NCBI GenBank assembly: GCA_035948165.1
Contig: DASZJM010000129.1
Coordinates: 1-50,164 of the forward strand
Origin: Candidatus Methylomirabilota bacterium
GTDB taxonomy: Bacteria; Methylomirabilota; Methylomirabilia; Rokubacteriales; CSP1-6
Length of the DNA stretch: 50,164 nt
Reading direction: 5' to 3'
Part shown: positions 43,533-50,164 of the stretch, one piece after another
Layout: each line of letters starts with the position of its first letter
How positions within the stretch are numbered: position 1 is the first letter of the stretch
Notes under the pieces: model-generated
What the model was told of the DNA's origin: nothing
The model's input: the letters and a program-made list of their open reading frames with translations, nothing else
The model's database searches: none
Position numbers and translations under genes: made by a program

Positions 43533-44087
43533 ATGGAAACGACGTATTCGCTCGATCAGTTCCTGGCCGACACCCGCGCCACCATCAAGACCAGGGGCAT
43601 CCCGGCCGGCCTCGCCGAGATCCGCGATCACCTGGAGAAGCTCCTCCACAACCCGGAGCTCCTGAAGAAGCACCTGGGCGACCCGGTGCCGCACGTGGAG
43701 CGGACCACCATCGGCCACGATCCGGAGACCGACGTGCACGTGCTCGTGCACGGCCGCGCCAAGGGGGCCGCGTCCTCCGTGCACGATCACGGCCCGTGCT
43801 GGGTCGTCTACGGCAACTACCAGAACGCCACCCGCATGCGCCGCTGGCGCCGGCTGGACGACGGCAGCAAGCCCGGCTACGCCGACCTCACCCTGCAGCG
43901 CGAGTTCATGAACGAGCCCGGGCACGCGGCCGCCTTCGCGGTGGGCGACATCCACTCCATCGAGTTCGGCGACGACACCTTCTTCATCCGGGTCACCGGC
44001 GGGGACGTGGAGAGCAAGGAGACCCACCGCTTCGACGTGGAGAAGAAGACGGTGCAGGTCGCCAACCGCGCCCTCGGCCAGCGCTAG
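43533..44087 (+). CDS. Cupin-fold metalloprotein, cysteine dioxygenase type I-like
   Basis: 184 aa. VLVHGRAKGAASSVHDHGPCWVVYG...GDIHSIEF. RBS AAGGAG. Family call tentative. Confidence 0.55.
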   Translation: METTYSLDQFLADTRATIKTRGIPAGLAEIRDHLEKLLHNPELLKKHLGDPVPHVERTTIGHDPETDVHVLVHGRAKGAASSVHDHGPCWVVYGNYQNATRMRRWRRLDDGSKPGYADLTLQREFMNEPGHAAAFAVGDIHSIEFGDDTFFIRVTGGDVESKETHRFDVEKKTVQVANRALGQR

Positions 44088-44110
44088 TCACTGCTCAATC
44101 AGCGCCCCGC

Positions 44111-44428
44111 CTAGACCTTCCCCCAGTAGGGGCGGGCCGCCGGGAAGATCGTCTGGCAGCGGGTGGGCTCGGTCGGCCCGTCCAGCACGTCGGCCACCCC
44201 GCGCCAGACCGCGTAGTGCGGGGTGTTGCGGTGGGCCTCCAGCGCGGCCTGGTCCTTGTAGATCTCGTAGAAGTAGTAGAGGTTCGCGTCCTTCTCGTCC
44301 TGCAGCACGTTGAAGCGCAGGCAGCCGGGCTCGTCGCGCTCCGAGCCGAGCGCGTCGACCTCGATGGCCTTGAGGAACTTCTCCCGCATCTCCGGCTTGA
44401 TCCGCACCTTCACCCACATCGCGATCAT
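44111..44428 (-). CDS. Antibiotic biosynthesis monooxygenase (ABM) domain protein
   Basis: MIAMWVKVRIKPEMREKFLKAIEVDALGSERDEPGCLRFNVLQDEKDANLYYFYEIYKDQAALEAHRNTPHY. RBS GGAGGAG. Confidence 0.8.
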   Translation of the reverse strand: MIAMWVKVRIKPEMREKFLKAIEVDALGSERDEPGCLRFNVLQDEKDANLYYFYEIYKDQAALEAHRNTPHYAVWRGVADVLDGPTEPTRCQTIFPAARPYWGKV

Positions 44429-44547
44429 CGGTCTCCTCCGTCCCCTGAAGTGGTCGCTGCGCCGCCGCGGCCGACAGTACCACGGTCCGCCCGCGGCTTG
44501 CCTTCCCCGTGCCCGCCGTCGTAGCATTCGCGGCAGGAGCCCATCCC

Positions 44548-45264
44548 ATGGACCCCGCCTCGATCAGCGCCCTCACCTTCGACGTCTTCGGCACCGTGGT
44601 GGACTGGCGGAGCAGCATCATCCGCGAGGGCCAGGCCTTCGGCCAGCACCGCGGCCTCTCGGTGGACTGGCCGAAATTCGCCGACGCCTGGCGCGGGCTC
44701 TACCAGCCCGCGATGGAGGAGGTCCGCAGCGGCCGGCGGCCGTGGGTCCGGCTCGACGACCTCCACCGCGAGAGCCTGCTCCGCCTCCTGCGCGACTTCG
44801 GGGTCGAGGGCCTCTCCCCCGCCGAGATCGAGGACCTGAACCACGCGTGGCACCGGCTCGACCCGTGGCCCGACGTGGTGGCCGGCCTCACCCGTCTCAA
44901 GCGCCGCTACGTCCTGGCCACGCTCTCCAACGGCAACATCGCGCTGATGGTGAACATGGCCAAGCGCGCCGGCCTGCCGTGGGACACCATCCTGGGCGCG
45001 GAGGTCGCGCACGCCTACAAGCCCACCCCCGAGGCCTACCTCCGCTCGGCGGAGGCGCTCGGCCTCCAGCCCGAGCGGTGCCTGATGGTTGCGGCGCATC
45101 CGGGCGATCTCAAGGCGGCGGCCCGCTGCGGCCTGCGCACCGCCTACGTGCCCCGCCCGCTCGAGCACGGGCCCGGCCGCGGCGCCGACGAGCCCGACAC
45201 CGCGCAGCCCTTCGACGTGGTGGTCGGCGACTTCGTGGAGCTGGCCGAGCGGCTCGGATGCTGA
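44548..45264 (+). CDS. Haloacid dehalogenase type II (HAD superfamily)
   Basis: LTFDVFGTVVDW...LSNGN...KPTPEAY...VAAHPGDL. Confidence 0.85.
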   Translation: MDPASISALTFDVFGTVVDWRSSIIREGQAFGQHRGLSVDWPKFADAWRGLYQPAMEEVRSGRRPWVRLDDLHRESLLRLLRDFGVEGLSPAEIEDLNHAWHRLDPWPDVVAGLTRLKRRYVLATLSNGNIALMVNMAKRAGLPWDTILGAEVAHAYKPTPEAYLRSAEALGLQPERCLMVAAHPGDLKAAARCGLRTAYVPRPLEHGPGRGADEPDTAQPFDVVVGDFVELAERLGC

Positions 45265-46016
45265 GCCGCCTCTTCGACCTCACCGGCAAGGTTGCCCTCG
45301 TGACCGGCGGCAGCCGGGGCCTCGGCCGCGCCATGGTGCTGGCCTTCGCGGAGGCGGGCGCCGACGTGGTCATCGCGAGCCGCAAGCTCGCCTCCTGCGA
45401 GGCCACCGCGGAGGAGGTGCGCAAGACGACCGGGCGCCGCGCCCTGCCGGTGGCCTGCCACGTGGGCCGGTGGGGCCAGGTCGAGGCCCTCGCCGAGCGG
45501 GCCTACGCCGAGTTCGGCCGCGTCGACGTGCTGGTGAACAATGCGGGGATGTCTCCCCTCTACGACCGCATCGAGAACGTCACCGAGGAGCTCTGGGACA
45601 AGGTCATCGACGTGAACCTGAAGGGCCCCTTCCGTCTCACCGCCCTCGTGGGCGCGCGCATGGCCGCGGGCGCGGGCGGCTCGATCATCATGGTGTCGAG
45701 CACCGCGGCGGTGCGCCCGTCCGCCGGGGTGATCCCCTACGCGGCGGCCAAGGCCGCGGTCAACGCGATCACCGAGGGCTTCGCGCGCGCCTTCGGGCCG
45801 ACGGTCCGGGTGAACTGCATCATGCCCGGTCCCTTCCTCACCGACATCTCGAAGGCGTGGGACCTCGAAGCCTTCCGCGCCCGCGCCAAGGAAACGATGC
45901 CGCTCGGCCGCGGGGGCGAGCCCGACGAGATCGTGGGCGCCGCGCTCTACTTCGCCTCGGGCGCGTCGAGCTTCACCACCGGCGCGGTACTCGGCGTGCA
46001 CGGAGGCGCGGCCTGA
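45258..46016 (+). CDS. Short-chain dehydrogenase/reductase
   Basis: VALVTGGSRGLG...NNAG...SSTAA...YAAAKAA. The start overlaps the HAD stop by 7 nt. Confidence 0.9.
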   Translation: MLSRLFDLTGKVALVTGGSRGLGRAMVLAFAEAGADVVIASRKLASCEATAEEVRKTTGRRALPVACHVGRWGQVEALAERAYAEFGRVDVLVNNAGMSPLYDRIENVTEELWDKVIDVNLKGPFRLTALVGARMAAGAGGSIIMVSSTAAVRPSAGVIPYAAAKAAVNAITEGFARAFGPTVRVNCIMPGPFLTDISKAWDLEAFRARAKETMPLGRGGEPDEIVGAALYFASGASSFTTGAVLGVHGGAA

Positions 46017-47134
46017 CCATCCGCTCCGCGCCGTCCCCGGCGGCGGCCGGGAGCCCGGAGGCGCCCGCCGAGGTCGCCCCCGTCCGCGACGGCGAGGCCC
46101 TCGACTGGGCCACGCTCGAGGCGTGGCTGCGGCCGCGCCTGGCCGAGGTGCTCCCCGAGGCCCGCGGAGCGATCGAGGTGCTGCAGTTCCCCAACGGCTC
46201 GGCCAACCTCACGTACCTCCTGCGGGTCGGCGCCCACGAGCTGGTCCTCCGCCGGCCGCCCTTCGGGCAGATCGCCCCGGGCGCCCACGACATGAAGCGC
46301 GAGTTCAAGGTGCTCTCCCGGCTCTGGCGCCACTTCGACCGCGCCCCACGCGCGTATCTCTTCGGCGACGACCCCGCCGTCCTCGGCGCCGACTTCTTCG
46401 TGATGGAGCGCCGTCGCGGCGAGGTCATCCGCGACAGCGTGCCGCCCGGCCTCGCGGCCCATCCCGCCGTCGGGCGGCGCGTCGCCTTCGCCCTCGTGGA
46501 GGCGATGGCCGCGCTCCACGCCCTCGATCCCGCCGGGTGCGGGCTCGACGATCTGGGCCGGCCGGACGGCTTCGTCGACCGCCAGCTCGACGGATGGGCC
46601 AAGCGCTGGGCCTTGGCCCGCCCCGACGACGCGGACCGTGACATGGAGCGCGTCCACGAGCGCCTGGCGCGCGCCCGCCCCGCGCCCCGCCGCGCGTCGA
46701 TCGTGCACAACGACCTCAAGCTCGACAACTGCCAGTTCGCGCCGGACGACCCGGACCGCGTGACCGCGATCTTCGACTGGGACATGACCACCCTCGGCGA
46801 TCCGCTGGTGGACCTCGGCACGCTCCTCAACTACTGGCCCGACCCGAGCGACACCGAGGCCACCCAGCGCGGCACCCGCCCCGGCCTCGCCCACATGGGG
46901 CTGCCCACGCGGGCGGAGATCACCGCGCGCTACGTCGCCCTCACCGGCGCCGACCCCGCCGCGGTCTCCTGGTGGGAGGCGTTCGCGCTCTGGAAGACGG
47001 TGGTGGTCGTGGTCCAGCTCCACCGCCGCTGGGTGCGCGGCGAGTCCACCGACCCGCGCATGGCCCACATCGCGGACCGGGCCCCGTGCCTGGTGCGGGC
47101 CGCCCAGGTCGTCCTCGAGCAGGCGGGGATCTGA
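46013..47134 (+). CDS. Phosphotransferase (APH/choline-kinase-like) family protein; start codon unresolved
   Basis: LQFPNGSANLTYLL...IVHNDLKLDNCQF...IFDWDMTTLGDPLVDL. There is no ATG/GTG/TTG between about 45860 and 46148 in this frame. CTG 46013 overlaps the SDR stop (CTGA). Confidence 0.75.
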   Translation: MTIRSAPSPAAAGSPEAPAEVAPVRDGEALDWATLEAWLRPRLAEVLPEARGAIEVLQFPNGSANLTYLLRVGAHELVLRRPPFGQIAPGAHDMKREFKVLSRLWRHFDRAPRAYLFGDDPAVLGADFFVMERRRGEVIRDSVPPGLAAHPAVGRRVAFALVEAMAALHALDPAGCGLDDLGRPDGFVDRQLDGWAKRWALARPDDADRDMERVHERLARARPAPRRASIVHNDLKLDNCQFAPDDPDRVTAIFDWDMTTLGDPLVDLGTLLNYWPDPSDTEATQRGTRPGLAHMGLPTRAEITARYVALTGADPAAVSWWEAFALWKTVVVVVQLHRRWVRGESTDPRMAHIADRAPCLVRAAQVVLEQAGI

Positions 47135-47139
47135 GCCGC

Positions 47140-49179
47140 ATGTACATCGTGGGCATCGACGTGGGCGGCACCTTCACCGACCTCACCGCGGTCGACGCGG
47201 CCACCGGCCGGGTGGTCGTGACCAAGGTCCCGTCGCGCCCGCGCCACGAGGCGGCCGCGGTCCTGGCCGGGCTCGAGGCACTCGGCATCGCCAGCGCGGA
47301 CGTCCGCCGCCTGGTCCACGGCACCACCGTCGGCACCAACGCGGTGCTCGAGCGGCGCGGGGCCCGGGTGGCGCTCCTGACCACCGCCGGCTTCCGCGAC
47401 CTGATCGAGATCGGCCGCACCAAGCGCAACATCCCCGCGCTCTTCATCCCCACCTTCGTGCGCCCGAAGCCGGTGGTGCAGCGGCAGGACCGCTTCGAGG
47501 TCACCGAGCGCCTCGGCCCCGACGGCGCGGTGCTGGTCCCGCTCGATCCCGCCTCGATCGAGCGCGCGCTCGACGCGGCCCTCGCCGCGCCCGCGGAGGC
47601 GATCGCGGTCTGCCTGCTCCACGCCTATCTGAATCCCGCGCACGAGCACGCGGTGGCCGACGCGGTGAAGGGCCGCGCCCCCGGCCTCCCGGTCTCCTGC
47701 TCCGCCGACGTCGTGGCCGAGTACCGCGAGTTCGAGCGCTTCTCCACTACCGTGCTCAACGCCTACCTCCAGCCCCTCATGGAGGGCTACCTCACCTCGC
47801 TGGAGGAGCGCCTGCTCGCCACCGGCTACGTCCACGGCGTGCTCACGGTGGCCTCGAGCGGCGGCATGATGACCACCGACACCGCGCGCCGCCTGCCGAT
47901 CAAGACGATCTTCTCCGGTCCGGCGGGCGGGGTGAGCCAGGCCTGCTTCGTGGGGGCCGCCGCGGGCGTGCGCGACTTCATCACCTACGACATGGGCGGC
48001 ACCTCGACCGACGTCTGTCTCGTCCGCGACCTCCAGCCCCATATGACCGCCGACGCCATGGTGGGCGCCTTCCCGGTCAAGGTCTCGCAGATCGACATGC
48101 ACACCGTCGGCGCGGGCGGTGGCTCCATCGCCTGGCTCGACGTGGACGGCAGCCTCGCGGTCGGCCCGCGCAGCGCCGGCGCCGCGCCCGGCCCCGCCGC
48201 CTACGGGATCGGCGGCACCGAGCCCACCGTGACCGACGCCAACGTGGTGCTGGGCCGCATCGGCACCCGCCGCCCGCTCGGCGGCAGCATCGCGATCGAC
48301 GCGGCGCGGGCGCGCGTGGCGGTGGCTGCGCTCGGCGCGCGGATGGCGCGCCCGCTGGGAATGGAGGCGCTCGCCGAGGGCATCGTGCGGATCGCGGTCG
48401 CGCGCATGACCTCGGCCATCCGCGAGATCTCGATCCAGCGCGGGCACGACCCGCGCGACTTCACCCTGATCGCCTTCGGCGGGGCGGGACCGATGCACGC
48501 GCTCGCCATGGCCGAGGAGATCGGGATCCCGCGCGTGCTGGTGCCGCGCCATCCCGGCAACTTCTCCGCGCTCGGCCTCCTCGCCGCCGACATCAAGCAC
48601 GACGACGTGCGCACCCGCGTCGGCCTCCTGAGGGAGCGCGGGCCCGCCCTGCGCGCCGCCTTCAGCGAGATGGAGGCGGCGGCCCGCGGCCAGCTCGAGC
48701 GCGAGGGCTTCGGGCCCGAGCAGCAGCGGCTGCTCCGCTCGCTCGACCTGCGCTACCGCGGCCAGGCCTTCGAGCTGAGCGTGTCGGTGGGTGAGGTCGG
48801 CGCCGATCCCGCCGTCATCGAGGCCGACTTCCACCGCCTCCACCGGGAGGTCTACGGACACGCGAACCCCGGGGCGGCGATCGAGCTCGTCAACGCGCGC
48901 CTCACCGCCTATGGGCTCGTGCCGAAGCCGGCGGCGGAGCGTCACGCCGGGACGGGCGCCCCCCTCGACACCGCGCAGCTGGAGCGGCGGCCGGTGTGGT
49001 TCGACGGCCGGGCCCACGACTGCCCGGTGTGGGAGCGCGACCGCTTGCCCGCCGGCGCGGACTTCGCCGGCCCCGCGATCGTGGAGGAGTTCGGCGCGAC
49101 CACCGTGGTCCCGCCCGGCTGGCGCGGCACCGTCGACCTGCACGGCAGCCTGCGCTTCGAGCGGGAGGCGACCGCGTGA
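47140..49179 (+). CDS. hyuA: Hydantoinase/oxoprolinase A-type subunit
   Basis: MYIVGIDVGGTFTDL...VHGTTVGTNAVLERRG...TYDMGGTSTDV. 679 aa. Confidence 0.9.
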   Translation: MYIVGIDVGGTFTDLTAVDAATGRVVVTKVPSRPRHEAAAVLAGLEALGIASADVRRLVHGTTVGTNAVLERRGARVALLTTAGFRDLIEIGRTKRNIPALFIPTFVRPKPVVQRQDRFEVTERLGPDGAVLVPLDPASIERALDAALAAPAEAIAVCLLHAYLNPAHEHAVADAVKGRAPGLPVSCSADVVAEYREFERFSTTVLNAYLQPLMEGYLTSLEERLLATGYVHGVLTVASSGGMMTTDTARRLPIKTIFSGPAGGVSQACFVGAAAGVRDFITYDMGGTSTDVCLVRDLQPHMTADAMVGAFPVKVSQIDMHTVGAGGGSIAWLDVDGSLAVGPRSAGAAPGPAAYGIGGTEPTVTDANVVLGRIGTRRPLGGSIAIDAARARVAVAALGARMARPLGMEALAEGIVRIAVARMTSAIREISIQRGHDPRDFTLIAFGGAGPMHALAMAEEIGIPRVLVPRHPGNFSALGLLAADIKHDDVRTRVGLLRERGPALRAAFSEMEAAARGQLEREGFGPEQQRLLRSLDLRYRGQAFELSVSVGEVGADPAVIEADFHRLHREVYGHANPGAAIELVNARLTAYGLVPKPAAERHAGTGAPLDTAQLERRPVWFDGRAHDCPVWERDRLPAGADFAGPAIVEEFGATTVVPPGWRGTVDLHGSLRFEREATA

Positions 49180-50164
49180 GCCCCGCGATCGATCCGATCA
49201 CCCTCGAGGTCCTGCGCGAGAGCTTCGCCTCCATCGTGCGCGAGATGCGGGTCACCCTGGTGCGCACCGCGTACTCCTCGGTGCTCTACGAGGGCGAGGA
49301 CTTCTCGTGCGTGCTCATGGACGGCGACGCCCAGATCGTCTCGATGTCCAAGGGACAGGACCACCCGCTCCACATCGTGCCGATCGGCTGGTCGATGAAG
49401 GCGGTGCGCGAGAAGTTCGGCGACGACATCCACCCGGGCGACATCTTCCTCCACAACGACCCCTACACCGGCGGCACGCATCTCAACGACGTGGCGATGA
49501 TCTATCCCCTCTTCGCCGACGGCCGGCTCTTCGTGTTCCCGGTGGTGCGGGCCCACTGGGGCGACGTGGGCGGGATGAGCCCGGGCAGCCTCTCCGGCGG
49601 CGCCACCGAGATCTTCCAGGAAGGCGTGCGCATCCCGCCCATCCGCATCGTGGACCGGGGCACGCCGAACCAGGCCGCGCTCGACCTCATCTTCCACAAC
49701 ATGCGCGGGCCGCGGGAGCGCAAGGGCGACTTCGACGCCATGATCGGCACGTGCCGGAAGGCGGCCGAGCGGGTGGAGGCCCTGGCCGGGCGCTACGGGG
49801 CTCCGGTGGTGCGCGCCGCGGTGGTCGAGCTGATGGACCGGGCCGAGCAGCGCATGCGGCGCGCCATCGCGGCCCTGCCCGACGGCGACTACGCCTACGA
49901 GGCCCACCTCGAGAGCGGGACCGAGCGCCTCGAGCCGCTCAGCATCCGGGCCCGCGTCACCGTCGCGGGCGAGACGATCACGGTGGACCTCACCGGCACC
50001 TCGCCCCAGACCGCCGCGCCCACCAACGTGGGCCCGGCCATGGCCCCGACCGGCGCCTTCACGATGATCAAGGCCTTCCTCGACCCCGGCACCGACGTGA
50101 ACTCCGGCGCGTTCCGCCCGCTCACCGTCATCACCCCGCCGGGCACCGTGGTCAACGCGGATCC
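49176..50164 (+). CDS. hyuB: Hydantoinase B/oxoprolinase B-type subunit, partial (continues beyond the window)
   Basis: Own translation from GTG 49176 (GTGA overlap with hyuA): VSPAIDPITLEVLRESFASIVREMRVTLVRTAYSSVLYEGEDFSCVLMD...FLHNDPYTGGTHLND. Open to the window end. Confidence 0.85.
   Translation, partial: MSPAIDPITLEVLRESFASIVREMRVTLVRTAYSSVLYEGEDFSCVLMDGDAQIVSMSKGQDHPLHIVPIGWSMKAVREKFGDDIHPGDIFLHNDPYTGGTHLNDVAMIYPLFADGRLFVFPVVRAHWGDVGGMSPGSLSGGATEIFQEGVRIPPIRIVDRGTPNQAALDLIFHNMRGPRERKGDFDAMIGTCRKAAERVEALAGRYGAPVVRAAVVELMDRAEQRMRRAIAALPDGDYAYEAHLESGTERLEPLSIRARVTVAGETITVDLTGTSPQTAAPTNVGPAMAPTGAFTMIKAFLDPGTDVNSGAFRPLTVITPPGTVVNAD

Overview
High-GC (roughly 70% by eye), gene-dense bacterial chromosomal segment with about 50 protein-coding genes. 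I recognised no rRNA, tRNA, CRISPR array, transposase, integrase or defence gene. Left third (1-13.3 kb): cell-envelope and morphogenesis genes (orphan mreB, a PilZ protein, a class A PBP co-oriented with MlaC-like, BON-like and small secreted proteins, a SPOR protein) interleaved with regulators (partial receiver protein, ANTAR regulator with a pseudo-receiver, NtrC-family sigma-54 activator). Middle (13.4-30 kb): small stress-type membrane proteins, then an unusually complete trehalose/alpha-glucan supercluster. It comprises a TM-helix-repeat membrane protein, treY, treZ, a GT4 glgM-like gene, a translationally coupled trio (DUF5752-like, TreT-like GT4 lacking the EX7E glutamates, GT-A-like), then glgE, treS and mak. 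Right third (30-50 kb): a small-membrane-protein/SOD operon, mpg, and an accessory-metabolism mosaic (Rieske oxygenase, SDRs, crotonase, MetE-like, LLM oxidoreductase, two MFS transporters, fatty-acid hydroxylase, 2-hydroxyacid dehydrogenase, frameshifted yceI, cupin, ABM, HAD, APH-like kinase, hyuA/hyuB). The strongest signal not explained by genes is a set of at least nine -24/-12 (sigma-54 type) promoter-like elements. Five are exact TGGCAC-N5-TTGC. All are intergenic and all point into the adjacent gene, including mreB, the PBP operon, the SPOR gene, PilZ, the ANTAR regulator and the activator gene itself. Three of them form divergent pairs about 150-165 bp apart. The second lead is the degenerate glycosyltransferase trio embedded in the GlgE operon. 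All family assignments come from reading motifs in the translations; no database search was possible.
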